Shown piece after piece: positions 51,175-64,000 of a stretch of 64,000 bases of DNA (position 1 is its first letter; the number at the start of each line of letters is the position of its first letter). Location of the stretch: the NCBI GenBank assembly GCA_951406725.2, contig OX597815.1, positions 164,796,001 to 164,860,000 on the forward strand, given 5' to 3'. The stretch comes from Octopus vulgaris. Taxonomy: Eukaryota. The notes under the pieces were generated by a model. The model saw nothing but the letters and a program-made list of their open reading frames with translations. It was not told the origin of the DNA and did not search any database. A program made the position numbers and the translations under genes.

Positions 51175-53497
51175 GTAAAACAATATCTCAAACATATTTC
51201 AGTTCCTGTTTCTTTCTCTTGATCATTCTTAATTCTGTTCATTTAATTTCTATGTATTCATTTGCAGATGCTTTTAGTCACTATTGAATTAAAAATTTTA
51301 CAGAATTCTGATACAGCACAATATAGACATTTATCAATAAAGGAGTGGCTGTGTGGTAAGTAGCTTGCTTACCAACCACATGGCTCTGGGTTCATTCCCA
51401 CTGTGTGGCACCTTGGGCAAGTGTCTTCTACTATAGCCTCGAGCTGACCAAAGCCTTGCGAGTGGATTTGGTAGGCGGAAATGTGTGTATATGTTTGTCC
51501 CCCAACATCGCTTGACAACCAATGGTGGTGTGTTTACATCCCCGTAACTTAGCGGTTCGGCAAAAGAGACCGATAGAATAAGTACTAGGCTTACAAAGTC
51601 GATTTACTCGACTAAAGGCGGTGCTCCAGCATCGCCGCAGTCAAATGACTGAAATGAGTAAAAGAGTAAAATCTCAAGTTTTTATTTTTTAATACAATTT
51701 AATCTCTTATTGATTGCACTTGCTTGAAACACTCTTGTTCTTCATTCATTATATTCATGCCACTCACCTGTTTCCTATCTCTACTCACTGTGGTTAGGCA
51801 CGTAGCTTAGTGCTTAAGATATTCAGCTTAGGATTATAAAATTGTGAGTTTGATTCTTGGCAGTGTATTTTGTCCTTGAGCAAGGCACTTTATTTCTCAT
51901 TGCTCCAATGCATTCAGCTGGCAAAAATATCCTTCAAAACTACATTAAGAGTATGTGGTATCTGTGACATGCTCAGCCACTTGTACATTAATTTCATGAG
52001 CAGGCTGTTCTATTGATGGGATCAATTGGAACCCTCATCATTGTCACTTACAGAGTACCAGTTATCTCTTACCATTGCTCATTCTCCCATACACTCTTGT
52101 AACCTCTACCCACTCGCACCTGTTCTTTTGTCCCCTCTCACTTCTATTCACCTTCTTGTATTTTCAGGGTCCACCTCAAATGCTTCATCACCACAGTTTT
52201 TATCTCTCTTTCCAACTCCCTGTATGCTTGCGTGTGTGTCTTTGTGTTTGTGTATGTACCCCTTCTCTTCTCAGTCCATCATTTGACAACTAGTATTAGT
52301 TTGTTCACATCCCTGTAGCTTAGTGGTTCAGCAAAAGACACTGATAGAATAAGTATGAGAAAGGTCAATTTATTCATCTGAAACCCTTCAAGATAGTGCT
52401 CTAGCTTGGCCACAGCCCAGTGACTGAAGTATGTAAGAGATAGAAGATAACTAGGGAAATGACCTTAGTCTTTTCTAACTAATTCTAGTTGCACTGAAAT
52501 ATCTTATTGACTTAAGGACTGTCTTTTATAATATATAATCTAGCAGTTTCTTTTATCTCATCATCATCATCATCATTTAACGTCCGCTTTCTATGCTAGC
52601 ATGGTTTGGACAATTTGACTGAGGTCTGGCGAACCAGATGGCTGCACCAGACTCCAATCTGATCTGGGAGAGCTTCTACAGCTGGATGCCCTTCCTAATA
52701 CCAACCACTCCGAGAGTGTAGTGGGTGCTTTTACGTGCCACCAACACGAGGGCCAGTCAGGCGGTATTGGCAACGGCCACGCTCAAATAGTGCTTTTTAC
52801 GTGCCACCTGCACAGGAGCTAGTTCAGCGGCACTGGCAACGACCTCTCTTGAATGTTTTTTCACGTGCCACCAGCACAAGTGCTAGTAAGGTGACGCAGG
52901 TAACGATCACGCTTGAATGGTGTTTTTAACGTGCCATCGGCACGGAGGCCAGCTTGCTGCTCTAGCAATGATCTCACTCGTATGGTACTCTTAGCGCTCC
53001 ACTAGCACGGATGCCAGTCATCGAATTTGATTTCGATTTCAGTTATGCTGATTTCTCTACACAATGAGATATAATAAGTTGAGAGAAATAGTGTACTGGC
53101 ATACTTCAATGTGTCACCTTTTTTACTTTACATCATTTTTTTTTGAAGAAATTAATGGAAAGTAAAATAAACCTCAATTTTAGTTTATCCAGTTTTATGT
53201 CAGTCACAGCAAACATATTTAAAGGCATAAGAATTTTGAAAGAAAAACCCCCCACCTAAAAACCAACACTGAATTGAGAAAAATCAAATGAAACATATGT
53301 GAGAATATGTGAAAACCAATTATTAAGATATAAACTAATGAACTTTTTAAAATGGTTTTTTTGTGTCATGTAGTCTTTCAAGTAAGTCACATGTCTTAGA
53401 ACTAATTACCAATGTATGTTGAGGTATGTTTGCATTGATTCATGTTTCCATTTACTTTTTCCTATGTCAGAGCATTAATTCTTTGAGAAATTTTCAG

Positions 53498-53659
53498 ATC
53501 GCAATGGGAATTCCGTTGTACAGAATCAAAGACATACGGCTATTGTATGGAGAAGATCCTGCAGGTGACCAAATCATTCCATTTGATGATTTGAAAATTA
53601 AACCACAACCACGGGGTCATGTTATTGCTGCAAGAATCACCAGTGAAAATCCAGAAGAG
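53498..53659 (+). CDS. ACC: ACC exon [14 protein letters not shown]...[15 protein letters not shown]
   Basis: TTTCAG acceptor, GAG|GTAAAG donor. Confidence 0.97.
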
Positions 53660-53671
53660 GTAAAGCACACC

Positions 53672-53722
<51 letters not shown>

Positions 53723-54314
53723 TTTTCTCCTACATATGTATGTGTTTATACTTTTACACTTATACAGTGAATAAATACATGCAGACCATATTTTCCAGTA
53801 TACAAGGTGAGTTTCTCATATCAAAATTTACAGCCAAAAAGAGGTCGGTCAACTTATACAACAAGACAATTTTGGAGGACCGAAAATTCCATGTGAAATG
53901 CGACAGGATTTGGAAAGATAATGATAGTGTTTGAATGTTTACACTATATACTAAATAGACTTGTATGCTGGAAAATATGATTAAAATGTATCCATACATA
54001 CTTATGTCTACATTTTCCCATATCTATACAACAAACTTAAAACTGGAAAGCACTGAAATATGAATGACTGATGTGTTGAAATTTACTTACTAAAAATTAT
54101 AAAAATAAATTTAACAGAACAGAATTTACTCATTATAGATCATTCATGTTCAAGAAGTATATAAAAAAAACCTTCTGTAAATAATAATCTTTATTATTCC
54201 TTTTTTCATTTGTTGTTATTAATACAATTATTGTACTTTTTCTCTGGAAATCATTTTTCTGTTATGTATGAGGTTTACTCTTACATTGTTTTCACAATGT
54301 CTGTTCCCTTTCAG

Positions 54315-54478
54315 GGTTTTAAACCAAGCTCAGGCACTGTTCAGGAGTTGAACTTCCGCAGCAGCAAGAATGTCTGGGGTTACTTTAGTGTTGTAGCATC
54401 TGGAGGTCTCCACGAATTTGCTGATTCCCAATTTGGTCATTGTTTTTCATGGGGAGAATGCCGGGAGGATGCACGAGA
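54315..54478 (+). CDS. ACC: ACC exon [26 protein letters not shown]...[22 protein letters not shown]
   Basis: TTCAG acceptor, GA|GTAAGT donor. Confidence 0.98.
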
Positions 54479-55434
54479 GTAAGTTTTTAGGAATTATTAT
54501 TTTCTTTTCTCTTTTACTCTGTTACTCTTTTACTTGTTTCAGTTATTTGACTGCGGCCATGCTGGATGCTGTGGGACAGATACAGACACACAAACACACA
54601 CATACACACATATATATACATATACATATATACGACGGGCTTCTTTCAGTTTCCGTCTACCAAATTCACTCACAAGGCTTTGTTTGGCCCGAGGCTAAAG
54701 TAGAATACACTTGAGGCTAAAGTAGAATACACTGGACCCGGAACCATGTGGGTGGTAAGTAAGCTACTTACCACACAGCCACTCCTGCACCTATTTCAGT
54801 AATTCTTTTTTTAATCATTTCCATGTTTCAGTCATAGGGCTGAAGTCATGTTGGGGCATTGCTTTGAAGGATTTAGTTGAACAAATCGACCCTAGTACAT
54901 TTTTTAAGTGTGCTACTTATTCTATCAATCCTTTTTTCCGAACCACTAGGCTATGGAAACACAAACAAGCCAATGTCACTTATCATGTGGTGGGGAGATA
55001 AGCACACTAACACATACATACACATATGTATACAAACAACAGGCTTCCACACAGTTTCTGTTTATCAAATTCACTCACAAGACATTGATCTTTCTGAGAC
55101 TCTAGTAGAAGATATTTGCCCAAGGTGCTATGCAGTGGGACTGAACCTGAAACAATGTAGTTACAAAGTGAGCTTCTTAACTATGCCTGTTTAATGAACT
55201 TGTTTGAAGGGCCTTATACAATTTCCTTCTTGCTACATATTAATGTATCTTAAATGTTTCCTTTAGCTTTATAATTTGAAATTTTGTTTTATTAATTTTT
55301 GATGGTGCTTCGTAAAACGAATCCAGTACACTTTGTAATGTGGTTGGTGTTAGGAAGAACATCCAGCTGTAGAAATCGAGCCATTTGGTTATTGCATGTG
55401 TATTAATTTCTTCATTACTTTCATTTTCTTTAAG

Positions 55435-55585
55435 AAATATGGTTGTGGCGTTGAATGAATTATCTATCCGTGGTGATTTCCGTACCACTGTAGAATACCT
55501 CACTCGCCTCCTGGAAACTGAAGATTTTCAAAATAATGTCTTAACTACTGGCTGGCTTGATAAGTTGATCGCTACAAAGTTTCAG
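55435..55585 (+). CDS. ACC: ACC exon [22 protein letters not shown]...[13 protein letters not shown]
   Basis: TTAAG acceptor, CAG|GTATGC donor; end of biotin carboxylase domain. Confidence 0.97.
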
Positions 55586-57707
55586 GTATGCTTTTGAATA
55601 GTAACGCTTTTATATCTGTTATTTTATTTGTTTCTTCTTGAAAATATTAACTTCATTACTTACAGTATTTGATAGTATAATATACACACTTCAATATAAG
55701 TGGTGTATATTCAAGAAAAATGGTTTTTAGTGCATTAAAATATGTAATGAGTGTCTTATATACCATCAAATATAGTAATTTTGTAATTTATTCTTGTGCA
55801 TTAAGTTTAAAATCTTGTCAGAACCAAAGAGAAAAAGGCTTTTATAGCTAAAATTTCTCTTCATTGTTGACATTTAACGTCCATTGTCCATGATGGCATG
55901 AGTTGGATGGTTTGACCAGAGCTGGCAAGCTGGAGAGCTGCATCAGGTTCCAGTCTGATTTGGTATGGTTTCTGTGGCTGGATGCCCTTTATAACACCAA
56001 CCACTTTACAGAATGTTCTGTGTGCTTTTACATGGTACCACATGAGCGCTTAAAAAAAAATGGAAAAAAAAGCACTTTTCATAATGATTCAATTATTCTA
56101 AATTATCTTGAGAAGACCAGGCAGGACAAGTGAGCCCAGCCCACTTATGCATGCCTTTCCTCCCTTGGACACAAAGACCTGTTGAGGCAAGCGAAGTCGA
56201 TATAGAACCTCATCCGACGACAGGCACCCATGCCAACCCCCTTTGCTTGCAAAGACATGTTGGGGCAAGTGAAATCGAAATTGAATTGAACCAGCCAGGA
56301 CCCCTGGACTGGTGGTACGTAAAAAGCACTATCCGACTCGTGGCTGTTGCCAGCACCTCCTCGACTGGCTTCCGTGCTGGTGGCACGTAAAATGCACCAA
56401 TCCGACCGTGGCCGTTGCCAGCCTCGCCTGGCACCTGTGCAGGTGGCACGTAAAAAGCACCCACTACACTTACGGAGTGGTTGGTGTTAGGAAGGGCATC
56501 CAGCTGTAGAAACATTGCCAGATAAGACTGGAGCCTGGTGCAGTCTTCTGGCTTCCCAGATCCCCGGTCGAACCGTCCAACCCATGCTAGCATGGAGAAC
56601 GGATGTTAAACGATGATGATGATGATGATCTTCTGAACTTTATTAAAGCAAACATCACCACGCCTGATGACAGAGTATATAGAAGAATACATACTGATAA
56701 TACTAATAATAACAGATCTACATCACACATGACATCTGTTCAAAATCTTAGAGCATCATCATCATCATCATCATCGTGTAACGTCCGCTTTCCATGCTAG
56801 CATGGGTTGGATGATTTGACTGAGGACTGGTGAGCCAGATGGCTGCACCAGGCTCCAATCTGATCTGGCAGAGTTTTTACAGCTGGTTGCCCTACCTAAT
56901 GCCAACCATTCCGAGAGTGTAGTGGGTGCTTTTACGTACCACCAGCATGAGTGCCAGTCAGGCTGTACTGGCAACAGCCACGCTCAAATGGTGTTTTTTA
57001 CGTGCCACCTGCACAGGAGCCAGTCCAGCAGCACTGGCAACGACCTCGCGCATATGTTTTTTCATGTGCCACCGGCACAAGTCCAGTAAGGTGACGCTGG
57101 TAACGATCACGCTCAAATGGATTTATTAATTAGCTTTATTGTAAAAGACTTGCTAGTATGTGACAAACTGCATGGTCTTTGCTATACTGTACTACAGAAT
57201 ATATTTATAGATTTTAGCCAACTCTGTATGTAATAGACAGATCTGGAAGTCTAAAGGGCTAACTTACACTGTTACATTCCAAAATAGGAGCTGCTTTATT
57301 GCATAAGTCTTACTGTCAAGAGTGTATAGAAAGAAGCGTGGTGAAATGTTTTGGATATTGCTAGATTTGTTGCTTCCTAAAACTTCTAGCTTCATATGCT
57401 GTAATCTATTACTCTTTGATATTATTTTCCTTGTGTAAGGTGTTGAGCTGGCAGAATCATTAGCACATCAGGCAAAATGCTTAGCAGTATTTTGTCTATC
57501 TTTATGTTCTGAGTTCAAAAGCTGCTGAGGCTGACTTTGCCTTTCATTCTTTCAATGATGATAGAATAAGTACCAGTTGAGGACAGGGGTTGATGTAATT
57601 GACTTATCCACCACCCTGAACTTCCTGGCCTTGTGTCAAAAATTGAAACCAATATTACTGTACTTGTGCACACTTGTTAAATAACATTTTATTTTATTCA
57701 TTTCTAG

Positions 57708-57811
57708 GCTGAAAAACCTGATATAATTCTTGGTGTCATCAGTGGGTCTCTCCATCTTGCCGATCATACTATATTCACTTGTTTCCAGAACTTTCAAACT
57801 GCTTTAGAAAG
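57708..57811 (+). CDS. ACC: ACC exon AEKPDIILGVISGSLHLADHTIFTCFQNFQTALER
   Basis: CTAG acceptor, AG|GTCTGA donor, phase 2. Confidence 0.95.
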
Positions 57812-59045
57812 GTCTGATTACCTTAATTATTTTATTTCATATACTTTAAAACAAATATTAGATATCACATTTTATAATTAATTATAGGTGCACTAAATAG
57901 TGTTGAATGAAATATAGTAATGTACAGTTATATTTAAACCTGTTCTTGTACATTGGACTTAGAAAAACAATACCGTTGCACAAATTGTCTTGAGAAAAAA
58001 AATTACATAAACATGTTAAATATAACTGTATATAACTGTATATTTTAGAATGTTTTATATTTCTTGGTTTTCCTATTACCATGTATTCTGGCACACAGGT
58101 TGACATAGAATATATTGTAAACATGTCGTGTAAGCATTGTCACTATCTTTTCAAGTCCTGCTACATTTCACATGAATTTTTGGTCCGCTAAAGCTATCTT
58201 GATGTATAAGCTTACCTACCTTTCTTTTATTGTAAATTTTGATCTGGAAAATTCAAGTTGTGTGCCTGAAAATAGTATTTATGTTGTTAAAACCTGAACT
58301 GTTGCCATTAATATACATCATTCAATTCATATATTTAATCAAAGTCAACATATAATTGTTTTCATAAATCCCACTTTTAGAAATATTGATTCTTGCTGGA
58401 GAATTAATCTTCTTCTTGCCTGCCTTTGCTCATTTCTTCATGATACTAAGTTACTTTTTACTGCCTTTTATATTGTTTTATTACTGATATTTATGTTGCA
58501 AATATCACATTTCTATCAGATTGGTGCATATACCCTATCATCATCTCTTTCTTATTTGTTGGCAAGTTTAGGGTGCAAAGAAAACACTTCAAACCACTTG
58601 CATACTGAGGCAATTTGCCTCCAGATGAAATGACATTTCAAACTCTGGTTTAGTGAAATTGTCATTAACATCTATGTTATCATTATTTTTTTGCCGCTGT
58701 ATTTACCATACAGGTTTTAATGACAAAGTTTTGATGTATCCAATCTATGTGCTACTAATTCATCAATTAGTTGTTTAGAGACTTGAATTTTTCTTTCTCT
58801 ATAGTCAGTGGCTGAAAGTTTATGATGAAGATAGTATAGAACATAGTTCATTAAGTTCGAAAGTCATTGTGTTGAATGCCTGAAAAAAATCATTTAACTC
58901 TGCTTGTTCTAGTTTGCTCAACTGAACAAAGGAAGGTTTTACTCCTACTTAACTGTTCAATGGTTTGCAATAAAAATGACATTCAGCTGCAAAGGCAATT
59001 GTTTCAATGAAATAATCATAGATAAATGAATGTAAAACAGTATAA

Positions 59046-59340
59046 GGAGGCGCTATGGCCCAGTGGCTAGGGCAACAGACTCGCGGTTGGAGGATCACGG
59101 TTTCCATTCCCAGACTGGGTGTTGTGTGTGTTTATCGAGTGAAAACACCTAAAAGCTTCACAAGGCTCTGGCAGGAGGTGGTGGCGACCCCTGTTGTACT
59201 CTTTCGCCACAACTTTCTCTCACTCTCTCTTCCTGTTTCTTGAGTAATGCTGCAATGGACTGGCGTCCCATCCAGCTGGGGGGAACACATATGCCACAGA
59301 AACCGGGCCCATGAGCCTGCCTAGGCTTGAAAAGGGCGAT
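59046..59340 (+). mobile_element. V-SINE-like tRNA-derived element
   Basis: TGGCCCAGTGG A-box-like head; GCAATGGACTGGCGTCCCATCCAG resembles the V-SINE central domain. Confidence 0.6.
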
Positions 59341-59581
59341 GTTTATCGTTTTTAAAACAGTATAATAACCTATTTTATTCCTCTCTTTCTCATGCATGCA
59401 CACATGTATGCACACACACACACACACACACACTGTCTCTCTCTTTCTCTTCCCTTATCTCTCTTCTCTCCTCTGTCTCTCATCTCTTTCAGAATTTTGA
59501 AAATTAAAAAATTTAATGATTTTTTTTTGTTTTTTGCAAATGTTAGTAGCTAAAGTTTTTCTTGCTTTTCTTTTTTTCCAG

Positions 59582-59663
59582 AGGCCAGATATTTCCTGCA
59601 AATTCTCTGAAAAATAAAGTGGATGTCGAGTTCATTTATGATGGTGTGAAATATGTTACAACA
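59582..59663 (+). CDS. ACC: ACC exon GQIFPANSLKNKVDVEFIYDGVKYVTT
   Basis: TTCCAG acceptor, ACA|GTAAGG donor. Confidence 0.95.
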
Positions 59664-60940
59664 GTAAGGAACTATTTTAGATTTGTTTATGTTAATATTA
59701 TTTCTATCAACTGCCGAGTTTGACTTTACCTTTCATCCTTTTGGGGTTGATACATACAATAAGTACCAGTTGTTTGCTGGGGATCAATGTAATCAACTTA
59801 CTCCTTCCCCCAAAGTTGCTGGCCTTGTGCCAGAATTTGAAATCAATATGACAAGTTGCAGCCCAACATTTCTGTCAACTAATTAGCTATTAACTTTACA
59901 ATTTTTTAATTCTTCATGAATGAAAAGTCCCTTGTTTGCAAATGAGGTACGAGTCTGCACCAGGAAGTACATCTGGCCTTAAAAATCCTGTCTTGATAAT
60001 TGACCCTTCTCTCACACTTTCTAAATCATGTTACCATGGAGGAAACTGATATTAAATGAAACAGATAAACAGTATACGCACAATGAGATTCTGAACAGGT
60101 TCAGTTTAACCAAATACCACTTATAGTCTATTGGTTAGCCCATAACTAAAGCAGAAAGCACCTGCCCAATATGTTGCACAGTGGGCAATATATAACTGAA
60201 ACCACATGGTCCTTAAATGAATTGCTGAACAATAGGTTTTGTAGGAAGCCCCATTTTTAGTTCTGATTAACAATACTATTTGTTCAAATTCAATTTAAAT
60301 TATGCTAAAAACAATGTTTTTAGCAGTAATTTTCTTTATTCTTTAATTTCTTTTTAATATTGGGGAAGTGTCTTCTATAGTCTCGGGCCAACTAAAGCCT
60401 TGTGAGTGTGGATCTGGTAGATGGAAACTGAAGGAAGCCCATTTATGTCTTTGTGTGTGTGCCTTTGTATCTGTGTTTTTCTTACACCATCACTTGACAA
60501 CCAGTGTTGGTGTGTGTATGTCTCCGTAATGTAGCAGTTTGGCAAAAGAGATGATAGAATAAATCCAAAAAAGAAATGTGGTGCAGTTGGTTCATCATCA
60601 TCATCGTTTAACGTCCGTTTTCCGTGCTAGCATGGGTTGGACTGTTCGACCGGGGTCTGGGAAGCCAGGAGGCTGCACCAGGCTCCCGTCTGATCTGGCA
60701 GTGTTTCTTCAGCTGGATGCCCTTCCTAACGCCAACCACTCTGTGAGTGTAGTGGATGCTTTTTATGTGCCACCTGCACAGGTGCCAGGGGAGGCTGCAG
60801 CGGCCATGATCAGTTGGTGCTTTTTACGTGCCACAGGCACCACTAAATATTCATGCCCTGGCATGGTCATACTCTTGTAACTGAAACAAGTAACAAATAA
60901 AAGATATATATGATTTTTTTTTTTTGTTTTTGTGTGATAG

Positions 60941-61011
60941 GTTGTGAGGACAGGACTGGCAAGTTACTTTGTTCTAATGAATGGCTCCTACATGGATATT
61001 GAAGCTCATCG
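60941..61011 (+). CDS. ACC: ACC exon VVRTGLASYFVLMNGSYMDIEAHR
   Basis: ATAG acceptor, CG|GTAAGT donor. Confidence 0.94.
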
Positions 61012-61182
61012 GTAAGTAAAAAAAAAACCCCAAAACAAAAAAAAAACAACAAAAAATGCACAAAACAAAATTGGGGTGATTTCTGATAGGAATCAATCCA
61101 ATTTTGTTTTCATTTAATCATCTTTCTTTGCTAGTTAGGAACAAAAACTATTACACAATTATTTTCCTGATTTTACTTTCAG

Positions 61183-61323
61183 TCTGACCGATGGTGGGTT
61201 ATTGCTATCAGTAGGTGGGTCCAGTTATACCACTTACATGAAGGAAGAAGTTGATAGCTACAGAGTTACCATCGGCAATAAAACTTGTGTCTTTCTGAAA
61301 GAAAACGACCCCACTGTACTCAG
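61183..61323 (+). CDS. ACC: ACC exon [47 protein letters not shown]
   Basis: TTCAG acceptor, AG|GTAACT donor. Confidence 0.97.
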
Positions 61324-63561
61324 GTAACTATTATATTTTAACATGAACATTATATTATTTTATGATTAACCATAGTACAATAGGCTTACAACTCCCTGGT
61401 TAACTTTTTGGTGTTTAGATAACTCTGTCAAATATAAAACTTATTTATTCACATTGTTTTGAATTAATCATGCATTATCTCATAGCTTCAAAATTTCAAT
61501 GATGTAATTGTTTATTTTTAGAATGACATTGTAGGGTTGGTGTGAGAGGCTGGATCTGGCCAGTTTGAACATACAATAGGTAGAATATTTGGCCAGATAT
61601 GGCTGATTTAAATGCCAAAAGGTTAAGATGATACAGGGTTGTTGAAGTAGACACTTGCTTAAATACAGAACTAAACTTACTTTGTATGACTGATTCTGTA
61701 CAAGTGTACCATTTATATAACTTATTTTATCCATCTGATTTCTTATTTCTTTACTACCCACAAGGGGTTAAACACAGAGGGGACAAACAAGGACAGACAA
61801 ATGGATTAAGTTGATTATATCGACCCCAGTGCGTAACTGGTACTTATTTAATCGACGCCAAAAGGATGAAAGGCAAAGTCGACCTTGGCAGAATTTGAAC
61901 TCAGAACGTAGTGGCAGACAAAACACCACTAAGCATTTCGCCTGGCGTGCTAACATTTCTGCCAGCTCACCTTATTTTATCCATCTGGTTTCTGAGAACC
62001 TTAGATATGTTGTTCTGCATTCTAAAATATTATGGCTGTAAGAGCAAGTCTCATTATTTGTGTAATGGATATAAAGTTGTTGAAAAGTTATTGTAATATC
62101 TTGCATTTCTTTTGCTTCATTGAATTAAATTGTACCAGAAGACAAGAAAATAGCACACATTTTAAATTGTCATATTACACTGACTTGCAACTGTTCGAGA
62201 GGAACCTAAAGCCACATCGATATTATCAGTTTTGGAGGACCTGCAAAGCTGTTGGGTTCAGCCTCTTTCTTTGAACTGATTAAAAAAACAAACAAAACAG
62301 TATGATAGGTTTGTGGTCTGGTCCTAAATGACACTAAAACATTTGTATATCTCATGTACTAGGATATTAGCTTGTCTTGAAGAGTTTCATCAGTTACCTC
62401 TTGTGTCTGCTCAAACCAAGATTACAAAGTCTATTGCAATAAGCCTTTCTACTATAAGCACAAGGCCTGAAATTTTGTGGGGACAGGGTGAGCCAATTAC
62501 ATCAATTCCCAGTGCTCAAAAATACAATACAATACAATACAAAAATAAATACACATCATTGTTCTTGTCTGCCTTTGTTTTACATTGTTTTACTATACCA
62601 GCATTGCTTCTTGCAGTCATTGCAATCTTTATCATCTTCTATTAGTTCCAGTTCTGGCAGAATAATTAGCTTTGCGACATTTTATCTGTGTTTTATGTTC
62701 TGAATGCAACTTTCACTGAGGCTTTACTTTGGCTTTCATCCTTTCAGGGTCAATACAATAAGTACCAGTTGAGCAATGGGGTCGATGTAATTGACTTAAC
62801 CCCTCTCCTGGTCTCGTGTCAAAATTTGAAACTGATCATCATCATCATCTCTTTAACGTCCGCTTTCCATGCTAGCATGGGTTGGACAATTTGACTGAGG
62901 GCTGGCGAACCAGATGGCTGCACCAGGCTCCAATCTTGATCTGGCAGAGTTTCTATAGCTGGATGCCCTTCCTAACGCCAACCACTCCGAGAGTGTAGTG
63001 GGTGCTTTTACATGCCACTGGCAACGGCCACGAAAAAATGGTTTATTTTTTTTTATGTGTCACCTGCACACTGGCACAAGTGCCAGTAAGGTGACGTTGG
63101 TAATGATCACACTCAATCATTTTACGTGCCACTGATACAAACGCCAGTTAGCTGCTCTGGCAACGATCACGCTCGGATGGTGCTCTTAGCGCTCCACTAG
63201 CATGGATGCCAATCATCGAATTTGATTTCGAAAAACTGATATTAGGTTATATTGGATAAAGGAAAATTTTGAAAAACCCATAATAAGTGTCTGATTCACC
63301 TGTAATCTTAAGTTATAGTAAATAAAAGATATTAGTGAGTTATTTTTTTTTCTGATAGCTTTGTTGTTGTGATTTGATTATATAGTTGTGTCTTTCTTGT
63401 TTGTTTCTTTCTTTCTTCCTTCCTTTCCTTCCCTCCTTCCTTCATTCCTTTTCCTTTTTGTCCCCCCTCTCTCTCCCTCCCCCTGTTCACCCCTCACTGT
63501 TGTACATACATATGTATGTATTTCAATTGATAATTTTCAATGATAATTTTATTTCTTTTAG

Positions 63562-63690
63562 ATCCCCGTCTGCTGGGAAACTACTTTCATATAAAGTAGA
63601 AGACGGAGGACATCTTTTCAGTGAGGAGGCATATGCTGAAATGGAAGTTATGAAAATGAATCTTACTCTTAAAATTCCAGAAAGTGGTTG
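63562..63690 (+). CDS. ACC: ACC BCCP exon [10 protein letters not shown]...[19 protein letters not shown]; biotinylated Lys codon 63653-63655
   Basis: TTTTAG acceptor, TG|GTAAGT donor; EVMKM biotin attachment motif. Confidence 0.98.
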
Positions 63691-64000
63691 GTAAGTCAAT
63701 TTATCCTTCTAATTAATTAATTATCTTTTATCTCTTACTTGTTTCAGTTATTGGACTGCAGCCATTAAGGGGCACCACTTTGAAGTCTTTAGTCAAACAA
63801 ATCGAACCTAGTACTCTTTTTTTTTTTATGCATGGTACCTATTCTATCAGTTTCTTTTTCCTGAACTGCTCAGTTACAGGAATATAAACAAACCAACACC
63901 AGTTATCAAGCAATGGGGTTGAAAAACAGACTCACATGCTCACATACATACTCTCTTCCTGCCTGTTTCTGTCTGTCTGTCTTTCTCTCTCACACACACA

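Larger units (their letters stand above)
1356..63690 (+). other. ACC: Acetyl-CoA carboxylase gene, 5' part (N-terminus, biotin carboxylase, BT and BCCP domains); continues 3' of window
   Basis: 17 exons join in frame via GT/GC-AG sites. Motifs [59 protein letters not shown] and EVMKM are diagnostic of eukaryotic ACC. Confidence 0.98.

Noticed and set aside
56170-56200. CTGTTGAGGCAAGCGAA as a hammerhead core in RTE UTR copies
   Set aside because: Core is CUGUUGA, no stem II, and it is not conserved among copies (3654, 4213, 19940)

Overview
AT-rich animal genomic DNA. The SINE, RTE and MITE families suggest an octopus or other coleoid cephalopod (inference). The window lies inside one + strand gene, a eukaryotic multidomain acetyl-CoA carboxylase (ACC/ACACA-like). 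I traced 17 phase-compatible coding exons from an acidic N-terminal exon (1356-1577), across a 33.8 kb intron, through the AMPK-site exon, the biotin carboxylase domain and the BCCP biotinylation motif EVMKM (63644-63658). The gene continues past the window. Introns hold RTE LINE fragments, several tRNA-type SINE families, a full-length dead mariner, a Buster-type hAT, a Helitron, TTAA MITEs and a foldback element. The most interesting signals are in the first intron: a candidate internal promoter and 19-codon alternative first exon that would remove the -5/-4 residues of the AMPK motif, a dense SREBP-type motif cluster, and a CpG-rich, SINE-poor zone. There is also a frame-required GC-AG intron with a competing frameshifting GT donor, and several long intronic inverted repeats. 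Most ORFs in the supplied track are repeat-derived noise. No novel multi-gene system is evident.
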